Assembly: GCA_045643465.1 (NCBI GenBank)
Contig: JAZUKV010000033.1
Location: forward strand, 24,295-88,294
Length of the DNA: 64,000 bases
Reading direction: 5' to 3'
From: Clostridia bacterium
Lineage (GTDB): Bacteria > Bacillota > Clostridia > TANB77 > CAG-508
Positions within the stretch are counted from its first letter, which is position 1, and the number at the start of each line of letters is the position of its first letter. Below are positions 1 to 7,417 of this stretch, one piece after another. The position numbers and the translations under genes are program-made. A model generated the notes under the pieces. It did no database searches. It saw only the letters and a program-made list of their open reading frames with translations, and had not been told where the DNA came from.

Positions 1-18
1 ATATTTAGCTTAAGCAAG

Positions 19-46
19 TTCGTAGGAACGAATGTTGCACGGAGGT
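19..46 (+). repeat. Copy 1 of an imperfect direct repeat, TTCGTAGGAAC-GA-ATGTTGCAC followed by GGAGGT
   Basis: Read directly. It matches 190-213 except for a 2 vs 4 nt central difference. The trailing GGAGGT is the complement of the ACCTCC that trails copy 2. Confidence 0.6.
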
Positions 47-75
47 ATGTGGTCGCATATCTCTATTTTTTTGTC

Positions 76-105
76 TCAAAAAGAAAAGACAGGTGGTCGC
101 CTGTC
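76..105 (-). terminator. Candidate Rho-independent terminator for the minus-strand mini-gene
   Basis: Hairpin gacagg-N6-cctgtc at 88-105. On the minus strand it is followed by TTTTCTTTTT. Confidence 0.5.
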
Positions 106-114
106 TAAAAGAAA

Positions 115-204
115 TTAATCTTTTTTGTTGTCTTGGTTTTCATTGTTATAATTACTTGTTAGTAATAATACAATTAGTCGCCAAATTAATTCGTAGGAAC
201 TCAA
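115..204 (-). CDS. Candidate 29-aa small hydrophobic peptide, (M)SSYELIWRLIVLLLTSNYNNENQDNKKD, with a TTG start
   Basis: GGAGGT lies 7 nt upstream of the TTG. An extended -10 promoter is upstream and a terminator follows immediately downstream. It is too short for the ORF track. Confidence 0.3.
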   Translation of the reverse strand: MSSYELIWRLIVLLLTSNYNNENQDNKKD

Positions 205-217
205 ATGTTGCACCTCC
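190..217 (+). repeat. Copy 2 of the direct repeat, TTCGTAGGAAC-TCAA-ATGTTGCAC followed by CTCC
   Basis: Read directly. On the minus strand it covers the SD and TTG start of the 29-codon ORF. Confidence 0.6.
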
Positions 218-251
218 TTTCACAAAGATTTCCTTTGAAAAGGATAATTCA

Positions 252-280
252 ATTATAACATTTTAAACCAATAAAAACAA
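252..280 (-). promoter_or_regulatory. Candidate sigma-A promoter for the minus-strand mini-gene
   Basis: On the minus strand: TTGTTT, 17 nt spacer, TATAAT, with TG at the extended -10 position. Confidence 0.35.
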
Positions 281-326
281 TACATTCTCAAACAAATTTT
301 CGGGAAAATAAAATTTAAAATACCTC

Positions 327-355
327 TTGCAAATTACCAAAATTTATGTTAAATT
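327..355 (+). promoter_or_regulatory. Candidate sigma-A promoter
   Basis: TTGCAA (327-332), 17 nt spacer, TAAATT (350-355). Confidence 0.45.
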
Positions 356-361
356 AAAACC

Positions 362-512
362 AAGTTAAACGGAGCTGTAACACAAATTTCTATTTATAAA
401 AATTTGTAAACCTCAGCTGAAACGGAGCCATATAATATTTTTGTTGAACTATATAAGTTCATCAAGATAAAAGATGAAAAGAGTTCAAATGTAAAAGTTT
501 GAACTCTTTTTT
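362..512 (+). promoter_or_regulatory. Unclassified 5' leader or attenuator upstream of the 548 ORF
   Basis: Two AAACGGAGC boxes flank a nested hairpin (agctg / acaaattt...aaatttgt / cagct). A second hairpin arm, ttgaact, can pair either locally or with the 5' arm of the terminator. Confidence 0.4.
479..512 (+). terminator. Rho-independent terminator of the leader
   Basis: gagttcaaa-tgtaaaa-tttgaactc followed by TTTTTT. Confidence 0.6.
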
Positions 513-547
513 GTAAGAAAATATATGAACAAAGGAGAATATATAAA

Positions 548-1099
548 ATGGAAGATTATGATAATAGAATAAACCGCAACATTTTTGGTTTTGAAAATAT
601 GATAAATGATTTTGAAAAAGGATTAGAGCAATATCTTACAGAGGGATATACATTAAAAAATAATTCAGAAATTATATATCAAGATCCAGAAAATGCTGAC
701 CAGATATCAAAAGCACGTAAATCAATAAGATCATCTATGGCAATTTCAATTATAGTATTAGTGTCACTAGTAGCAATGCTTATTGGAATGATTATAATTG
801 GCTCAAATATAGGATGGATAATTTTTATGGGAATATTTGTTGCAATAGTTGGATTTGCAATGTATAAAGATAGACCTGGTAAGCAAATAAAAATAATGAA
901 AAGTAAAGCTGTTTGCAAATATCGAGTTAAAATTGGAAGTGCTTCTAGTAAAAATTACAATTATTTTGTAACAGTAATACCAGATAATGAAGTAAAAACT
1001 ATATATAGAGAGCTACAAGTTTCTAAAAAAGATTATGAACTTATTCAAGAAGGTACACCAATAATGGTAGTAAAAGGCGGAAAGGCTTGTATTTTATAA
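548..1099 (+). CDS. Hypothetical membrane protein, 183 aa, two predicted TM helices
   Basis: The ORF has an aaaggag SD. Two hydrophobic stretches are present, AISIIVLVSLVAMLIGMIII and IGWIIFMGIFVAIVGFAMY. No family recognised. Confidence 0.75.
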   Translation: MEDYDNRINRNIFGFENMINDFEKGLEQYLTEGYTLKNNSEIIYQDPENADQISKARKSIRSSMAISIIVLVSLVAMLIGMIIIGSNIGWIIFMGIFVAIVGFAMYKDRPGKQIKIMKSKAVCKYRVKIGSASSKNYNYFVTVIPDNEVKTIYRELQVSKKDYELIQEGTPIMVVKGGKACIL

Positions 1100-1243
1100 T
1101 TATGATAAATTTATATAAATAGTAGTAATTATTTTTTTATTGTGTATAATAATTATGGTGAAATTTTACTAAAGAAAGGAAAAATTTTTATGAAAAAGAT
1201 AAAAATATGGAGAAAAATAGCAATTATATAAGTAATATTATTA

Positions 1244-1504
1244 TTGGTGATGATACCAAGCAAGGCATTAGCAATGCAAATATTTGTAAAAACACTTAAA
1301 GGGAAAACAATAACATTAGAAGTTGAACCAAGTGACACTATGGAAAATGTTAAAGCAAAAATTCAAGATAAAGAAGGAATAACACTAGATCAACAAAGAT
1401 TGATATTTTCAGGAAAACAATTAGAGGATAATAGAACATTAGCAGATTATAATATTCAAAAAGAAAGTACATTACAGTTAATATTAAGATTAGAAAGACT
1501 TTAA
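1244..1504 (+). CDS. Ubiquitin-like protein (core 1274-1504), ending LRLERL with no Gly-Gly
   Basis: The translation [76 protein letters not shown] is identical to human ubiquitin at 64 of 76 positions, by hand alignment from memory. Confidence 0.85.
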   Translation: MVMIPSKALAMQIFVKTLKGKTITLEVEPSDTMENVKAKIQDKEGITLDQQRLIFSGKQLEDNRTLADYNIQKESTLQLILRLERL

Positions 1505-1533
1505 ATTTTGATGCTAATGGTGGAGAAGGAACA

Positions 1534-2118
1534 ATGGAATCTGTTTCTGATATTACTGGTGAATATATATTACCGGAAAATAAATTTATACCTCCATCAG
1601 GTAAGAGATTTAAAGGTTGGTCAACAGAGCAAAACGGTGAGATAATTACGAAAATAGTTGTTGATGAAACAAGTAGTAATGTTCCTGATACAGTATATGC
1701 TATTTGGGAAGATATTCCTACAATAAATTTTGAAAAATATGAATGTAATTACGGAGAATTAAGTAAAAGCCTTAGTGAATTTGGAATAACATTTACTGGA
1801 AAAATACCAACAAAATTAACTGTCAATTATTATGTAAATAATGAATTAAAATATACTGAAAATATTAATATGAATAATGAAAATGCTACTATTCTTAATG
1901 AAAAATTAAATCCAGGAAATTATGATGTAGAAATCTCAGGAATATATGATAATGATGAAAGCTATACTGTAAAAGGAAAGCTTATTATAAATAAAGTAAA
2001 AGATGAAAATACTGTACAAAAGAAAAGTAATAGTCCACAAACCGGTGACACAATATTTTTTGCAATTGGAGTATTGACAATATCATTAATAAGTATTTTT
2101 ATAATTAAAAGAAAATAA
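1534..2118 (+). CDS. Cell-wall-anchored surface protein fragment with a Listeria-Bacteroides (Flg_new) repeat and an SPQTG sorting signal
   Basis: FDANGGEGT...GKRFKGWSTEQNGE fits the Flg_new consensus. The C-terminus is SPQTGD plus a hydrophobic helix plus KRK. The frame is open upstream to 1453 and has no SD of its own. Confidence 0.7.
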   Translation: MESVSDITGEYILPENKFIPPSGKRFKGWSTEQNGEIITKIVVDETSSNVPDTVYAIWEDIPTINFEKYECNYGELSKSLSEFGITFTGKIPTKLTVNYYVNNELKYTENINMNNENATILNEKLNPGNYDVEISGIYDNDESYTVKGKLIINKVKDENTVQKKSNSPQTGDTIFFAIGVLTISLISIFIIKRK

Positions 2119-2130
2119 GTATAAATAAAT

Positions 2131-2163
2131 GAGGTTTGATATATTTCAGACCTTATTTTTTTG
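2131..2163 (+). terminator. Rho-independent terminator
   Basis: aggtttga...tcagacct followed by a T-run. Confidence 0.5.
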
Positions 2164-2352
2164 GTAAAAATTCAAAAATATATATGGAAAAACGCCTATA
2201 TATGTGTTATAATGCAAAATAATCTTATTATTAAGATACTCCATTTGCAAGTTATTTGCAAAAAAATATATTAAAGGAGGTAGATAAAAAGGATTAATGG
2301 TCAGTTAAAAAGGAAAAAAGTTCATTTCGGCGTACTAAGGAGGTAAGGAAAA

Positions 2353-4269
2353 ATGCAACGGATAGCAAAAGCATTTAGTGATGAAGAAACACTACGAGTT
2401 TTTTTAGAAGATGTAAAAGATTCTGTAAGAAACTTGAAAGTTGCTAAATTGCTAATGCAGGTCAATTGGTCTAGCGAAACATCTTACAAAGCAATTCAAG
2501 ATACAATTAAAATCATTGAAGAATATTTCGGACATGATATTTTAATTGTAGGCAATACCACAACTGGCTGCGTATTAGACGGAAAAGTTAATAGAACGCA
2601 GTCAACAATCAGATGCACAATTTACGAAGAAGAAACAACAGAATTGCAAGTGTTGCAGTTCGATTTTTCCGGAAAAAACATAAGCTCAATAGCACGAGAA
2701 GTAGTTAACATGATTAAATTTCAAAAGCATGTAAAATCATTGGAGTTTATATCAACAAAGATGATTGGAAATGTTGAAGAATTTTGCAAAATTTTAGGTG
2801 AATGCGATAAAAGCATAACCATATATGGAAGCACAATACCAAAAAATTATGAAAAAAATACTAATCAGTATGTATTTTCAAATAAGTTTGGAATAACATC
2901 AGATGGTATGATTTTTATAATAACAAAAGGTGAAGATTTCCATTGTAAAATGGATTTTTGCTTTGAGGGTTGGAGAATACTTGGAAATGAAAAATTTCAA
3001 GTAACAAATTGTTCAGAATCAGGTTTTTTTACAGGCATGGACATAGGAAACGTAACAGATGTTTTCAAGGAGTTGGGAATAATAACGGGTAATAAAAGCT
3101 ATGTGAATAAAATTGTTTTTTCATATAACAAAGGTAAATCAAAATATATTCGCTCCATAAAACATGATGACAGTAGAAATCATGGAGGATTACAGTTGGA
3201 TTTACCTATTGAAAATAATACGTATGTAAATATATCGTATTTTTATCCGATACGGTTCTTAGAAGGCTTTTTGGAAAAATGCAAAAAGATGGATGGATTT
3301 AGTCCGAATTTCATATCGACAATTTATGATATAGACAGGATTGGATTTGATGAGACGTTGGAAATTAAGTCATTGGATGAAATAGCACCTACGACAGGCT
3401 ATTGTGCTGAATCTTGTTTTGTAAGAAAAAGCACAAGCAGTCATATAACTACAATAAGTAAAGTACCTATTTATATAGGAATCCGTGAAGGAAAAAAACA
3501 AAGCAGGAAAAAAGATAATTTTCTTAATTTGTTAAAAAGCTATATAAAATCTAGAAAAAATTATAACGAAAACGCAGAAAATGAATACTATGAAATGCTG
3601 TGTCATTGTTTATCAAGTTATGGAAATCGAGTATATAAGTTATATACAACAGATGACCTTACAGGAATAAGCAATAGAGCAATAATAAAAAAATCCATAA
3701 AAGAAGCATTAATTGATTTGAACAATGATAGATGCAAATATGTATCATTAATGTTCCTTGATGTTGACAAATTCAAGAAAATAAATGACATATATGGACA
3801 TACCTCTGGTGATATTGTTTTGCGCAAAATCGGAGAAATTTTAAATGGTATTGAACAAAAATATGAAAATGTCAAAGTAGCCCGATGGGGCGGAGATGAG
3901 TTTCTAATTTTGTTAAAAGATTACAATTACGAAAGAGCCAAATCTTTAGCAAAGGAAATTCAGAATGAATATTCAAAAAAGATTTTTATGTTTTTGCCAT
4001 TACTTGAAAACTCTGAAAGCAAAGTAATAGTGACAGGCTTAAAGTTCAGCATAGGAGTAGCTTTTGCAGAGAAAAACTTTGAAGAGCAAGTGTTGGTTGC
4101 ATTAGCAGATCACGCTTTATACTATGTAAAGAAGAATGGCAGAGGTTTTATAAAATTTTATGATGACGAATGCAAGAAAAGCTTTCAAGCAAGATCAAAT
4201 ATTATTGACAATGAAGATAATAAGAAGATTAATCTTGTCGAAATGCTGAAAAAAGCAGGAGGCTCATAA
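2353..4269 (+). CDS. Diguanylate cyclase (GGDEF domain) with a large uncharacterised N-terminal sensor region
   Basis: The C-terminus carries DDLTGISNR...FLDVDKFKKINDIYGHTSGD...RWGGDEFLILL. Strong SD (aaggagg). Confidence 0.9.
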   Translation: MQRIAKAFSDEETLRVFLEDVKDSVRNLKVAKLLMQVNWSSETSYKAIQDTIKIIEEYFGHDILIVGNTTTGCVLDGKVNRTQSTIRCTIYEEETTELQVLQFDFSGKNISSIAREVVNMIKFQKHVKSLEFISTKMIGNVEEFCKILGECDKSITIYGSTIPKNYEKNTNQYVFSNKFGITSDGMIFIITKGEDFHCKMDFCFEGWRILGNEKFQVTNCSESGFFTGMDIGNVTDVFKELGIITGNKSYVNKIVFSYNKGKSKYIRSIKHDDSRNHGGLQLDLPIENNTYVNISYFYPIRFLEGFLEKCKKMDGFSPNFISTIYDIDRIGFDETLEIKSLDEIAPTTGYCAESCFVRKSTSSHITTISKVPIYIGIREGKKQSRKKDNFLNLLKSYIKSRKNYNENAENEYYEMLCHCLSSYGNRVYKLYTTDDLTGISNRAIIKKSIKEALIDLNNDRCKYVSLMFLDVDKFKKINDIYGHTSGDIVLRKIGEILNGIEQKYENVKVARWGGDEFLILLKDYNYERAKSLAKEIQNEYSKKIFMFLPLLENSESKVIVTGLKFSIGVAFAEKNFEEQVLVALADHALYYVKKNGRGFIKFYDDECKKSFQARSNIIDNEDNKKINLVEMLKKAGGS

Positions 4270-4293
4270 AAAACAACCAGAATAAATCCTTTT

Positions 4294-4330
4294 AAGAGAT
4301 AACTATGTTTTTCATGGTTATCTCTTTTAT
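4294..4330 (+). terminator. Rho-independent terminator
   Basis: aagagataac...gttatctctt followed by a T-run. Confidence 0.55.
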
Positions 4331-4367
4331 TATGAATAAATATTAAAAAAAATCAAAAAATATAAGT

Positions 4368-4730
4368 ATGAAGAATAAAGAATTTATTTATAAAATATTA
4401 ATAGGCTTTTTGGCTGGAATAGTAAATGGATTATTTGCAAGTGGTGGTGGAATGATATTAGTACCAGCATTTATATATTTACTAGATATGAAAGATAAAG
4501 AAGCAAGGGCAACATCAGTAATTTGTATATTGCCAATGGTAGTTACCAGTGGATTTTTTTATTATAGAAATAATTATATTGATTGGAAAATAGGATTACT
4601 TTGTGCTATAGGAGGAACATTGGGAGGAATTGTAGGTGCAAAGTTATTAAATAAAGTTCCTACTAAATATTTAAAATATGCCTTTACATTATTCTTGATA
4701 TATGCATCATATAAGTTAATTTTTATTTAG
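4368..4730 (+). CDS. Half-size TSUP (TauE/SafE) family membrane protein, 4 TM
   Basis: GLFASGGGMILVP motif and four hydrophobic segments. Confidence 0.8.
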   Translation: MKNKEFIYKILIGFLAGIVNGLFASGGGMILVPAFIYLLDMKDKEARATSVICILPMVVTSGFFYYRNNYIDWKIGLLCAIGGTLGGIVGAKLLNKVPTKYLKYAFTLFLIYASYKLIFI

Positions 4731-4747
4731 GAAAGGAACGAATTTTT

Positions 4748-5120
4748 ATGATAGAAATTTTGACAGGATTTGTTTCGCGGAATAATAAGTGGAACTGGAA
4801 TGGGGGGTGGCACTATATTAATATTGTGCTTATCAATATTTTTAAGTTTGAACCAAAAGATAGCTCAAGCTACGAATCTAATATTTTTTATACCAACATC
4901 AATAGCTGCGATATATATTAATATAAGACAAAAAAATATTAATTTTAAAGTTGCTCAAATAATAATAGTATTTGGAATTATAGGAGCTATAGTAGGAGCC
5001 ATTATAGCTCAAAAGATAGATGTGAAATTGTTAAAAAAGTTATTCGGAGTTTTTCTTGCTATTGTTGCTATACATGAAATATATGTAATTATTAAAGAGC
5101 GTAGAGGCAAAGTAGAATAG
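4748..5120 (+). CDS. Second half-size TSUP (TauE/SafE) protein with an apparent 1-nt frameshift near 4769-4775
   Basis: An SD plus ATG at 4748 gives MIEILTGF. The family-like sequence FRGIISGTGMGGGTILI continues in the next frame from 4770. Confidence 0.65.
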
Positions 5121-5207
5121 ATAAATAAAAAAATATGTTATAATCATATTGCAAAAATTTGATATTTAGTATAAAATTTAAAACATATTAAGAAAAGGAG
5201 TAAGAAA

Positions 5208-5678
5208 ATGAAAAAAAGAATTTTATTAATAAGTGTTATAAGTATAATGTTAGTAGCTATGTTATTTTGTTTAACAGGTTGTACAAAGACAAAATCATTT
5301 ACATATGATGTTTCAACAGGTGAAAAAATAGAGCTAAAATTAAAGACAGATAATGGTTATGATATAACTTCTAATATCCCATTTGCAATCAAAAAGGATG
5401 ATAAAACTATTTTACAAGGAAGTTTTATAACAGAAGAGGGATATAATCAATATATAGCTTTAACAAAAACTGTTTCAGGAGCAACGATACTAGATAGTGG
5501 AGAAAAAAATGGTGCTGAATATACTTTCTACAAATATGAATACCCAGGACAAGATACTGAATATAACTTTATTGTTAAAGTTAAAAAATCAAAGACAGGA
5601 GTATTAATAGGAAGTACTGCATCTGAAAAAGAAGCAAAAGAAGCTTTTGAACGTTTAAATTTTTCTAAAGTAGATTAA
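5208..5678 (+). CDS. Lipoprotein, function unknown
   Basis: Signal peptide with an LTGC lipobox. Strong SD. Confidence 0.8.
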   Translation: MKKRILLISVISIMLVAMLFCLTGCTKTKSFTYDVSTGEKIELKLKTDNGYDITSNIPFAIKKDDKTILQGSFITEEGYNQYIALTKTVSGATILDSGEKNGAEYTFYKYEYPGQDTEYNFIVKVKKSKTGVLIGSTASEKEAKEAFERLNFSKVD

Positions 5679-5684
5679 TATTTT

Positions 5685-5724
5685 AGAGCAGAGATACGTT
5701 TATTATCTCGGCTCTATTTTTTTT
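5685..5724 (+). terminator. Rho-independent terminator
   Basis: agagcagagata...tatctcggctct followed by T9. Confidence 0.6.
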
Positions 5725-5751
5725 ATAAATATGAAAGAAGGAAAATGTGTA

Positions 5752-6336
5752 ATGAAAATTATATTAGCATCAGGATCTCCAAGAAGAAAAGAGCTATTAA
5801 GTTTATTTGTTAAAAATTTTGAAGTTATGATAAGCGGGGTAGATGAAAACATAGCAGAAAATTTAATACCAGAAGAATTAGCTTCAAAATTAGCATATAT
5901 CAAAGCTAAAGATATTTTTGATAAAACTAATGGAGATAGAATTATTATTGGATCAGATACAATAGTAACAAAAAATGGGAAGATATATGGAAAACCCAAA
6001 AATAAAGCTCATGCTAAAGAGATGATAAAGGATTTGATAAGTGGAAATGGTGTTCATAGTGTAATAACAGGACTTTGTGTAATTATAGAAGAAAATGGTA
6101 AATATAAAGAATATAAGACATTTGATGAGGTAAAAGTTTTTTTGAAGCATATCACAGATGAAGAAATAGAACGTTGGATAAATACCGGAAAGGCAATGGA
6201 CAAAGCAGGGGCATATGGAGTGCAAAACGAATTTTGTGTATTCGTAGAGAAAATTGAAGGAAATTATACAACAGTAGTAGGACTTCCAACACATAAATTA
6301 TATGATATAATTAAGGATTATATAAGGGAATTTTAA
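5752..6336 (+). CDS. maf: Maf-like nucleoside triphosphate pyrophosphatase (septum formation protein)
   Basis: MKIILASGSPRRKELL N-terminus. An SD precedes the ATG at 5752, so the track start at 5731 is probably too early. Confidence 0.9.
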   Translation: MKIILASGSPRRKELLSLFVKNFEVMISGVDENIAENLIPEELASKLAYIKAKDIFDKTNGDRIIIGSDTIVTKNGKIYGKPKNKAHAKEMIKDLISGNGVHSVITGLCVIIEENGKYKEYKTFDEVKVFLKHITDEEIERWINTGKAMDKAGAYGVQNEFCVFVEKIEGNYTTVVGLPTHKLYDIIKDYIREF

Positions 6337-6342
6337 TATTCC

Positions 6343-6371
6343 AAAAACAGATTTTATATCTGTTTTTTTTG
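6343..6371 (+). terminator. Rho-independent terminator
   Basis: aaaacagat...atctgtttt followed by a T-run. Confidence 0.6.
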
Positions 6372-6472
6372 TGGAAATAAGAAAAAAATTATAGTTATAT
6401 ATGAACAAATTTCATTGATTTTTAATACTTTTTAATATATAATATGAAAAAATTATACAAGGGGCTGATTTA

Positions 6473-7396
6473 GTGTTAAAACAAGAAATTTTTAATTATT
6501 GTAAACAAAAATTACATATTTCAGACGTAAAAATAGATGAACCAATGAGTGAGCATACTACTTTTAAAATTGGTGGAAATGCAGATGTATTTGTGAAAGT
6601 TGATAATGAAGAAAATATAAAAAAAATATTAAATTTTGCAAAAAAAAATAATATACAAACTACGATTATTGGTAATGGAAGTAATATTTTAGTAAAAGAT
6701 AATGGAATCAGAGGTTTGGTTATTAAAATTGATAACAAAAATATTAATATAAATAAAATAAATAATAAAGAAGTAGAAGTAACTGCAGGAGCAGGAGTTC
6801 TTTTAGGAATGTTAGCACAAAAATTATTAAAAGAAAATATAAGTGGATTTGAATTTGCAGCAGGAATTCCTGGCACTATAGGTGGAGCAATTAAAATGAA
6901 TGCAGGAGCTTATGGTGGAGAATTCAAAGATATAGTAGTAAGAACAAAATATATGGATGAAGAAGGTAACACAAAAATACTAAGCAATAATGAGCAAGAT
7001 TTTTCATATAGGCATAGTATTTTTTCAAAAAACAAATGGATTATTCTTGAAACAACTTTAACTTTAAATCTTGAAATAAATTCAGATAAAATTAAAGAAA
7101 AAATGGATGAGTATGTTGAATCAAGAAAAAGTAAACAACCTTTAAATTATCCAAGTGCAGGAAGTACATTTAAAAGAGGTAAAGATTTTGTAACTGCAAA
7201 GTTAATAGATGAAAGCGGTTTAAAAGGATATTCTATAGGTGGAGCATTAGTATCTGATATACATGCAGGTTTTGTTGTTAACAAAGGAAATGCTACAGCT
7301 AAAGAAGTTTTAGAGCTAATAGAATATGTACGAAATGTAGTTAATAAAAAATTTAATAAAAAGTTAGAGCTAGAAATAGAAGTTTTAGGTGAATAA
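6473..7396 (+). CDS. murB: UDP-N-acetylenolpyruvoylglucosamine reductase
   Basis: FKIGGNADVF and GGAIKMNAGAYGGE motifs. GTG start with an aagggg SD. Confidence 0.92.
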   Translation: MLKQEIFNYCKQKLHISDVKIDEPMSEHTTFKIGGNADVFVKVDNEENIKKILNFAKKNNIQTTIIGNGSNILVKDNGIRGLVIKIDNKNININKINNKEVEVTAGAGVLLGMLAQKLLKENISGFEFAAGIPGTIGGAIKMNAGAYGGEFKDIVVRTKYMDEEGNTKILSNNEQDFSYRHSIFSKNKWIILETTLTLNLEINSDKIKEKMDEYVESRKSKQPLNYPSAGSTFKRGKDFVTAKLIDESGLKGYSIGGALVSDIHAGFVVNKGNATAKEVLELIEYVRNVVNKKFNKKLELEIEVLGE

Positions 7397-7417
7397 AGAA
7401 AGAGGTATAAAGCAATA

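Larger units (their letters stand above)
1190..2118 (+). pseudogene. Composite, apparently disrupted gene: signal peptide, ubiquitin-like domain, Flg_new repeat, SPQTG sortase anchor
   Basis: ATG at 1190 has an SD. There is an in-frame TAA at 1229-1231. The ubiquitin fold spans 1274-1501. The -1 frame is open from 1453 and reads [13 protein letters not shown], continuing to SPQTGD plus a TM helix plus KRK. One extra A in the run at 1494-1496 would fuse the two frames. Confidence 0.6.

Noticed and set aside
1229-1231. TAA in the signal peptide as a reassigned or read-through codon
   Set aside because: TAA is the ordinary stop of most genes in this window. No bacterial code is known to reassign it. 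A nonsense mutation or a sequencing error is the simpler explanation.
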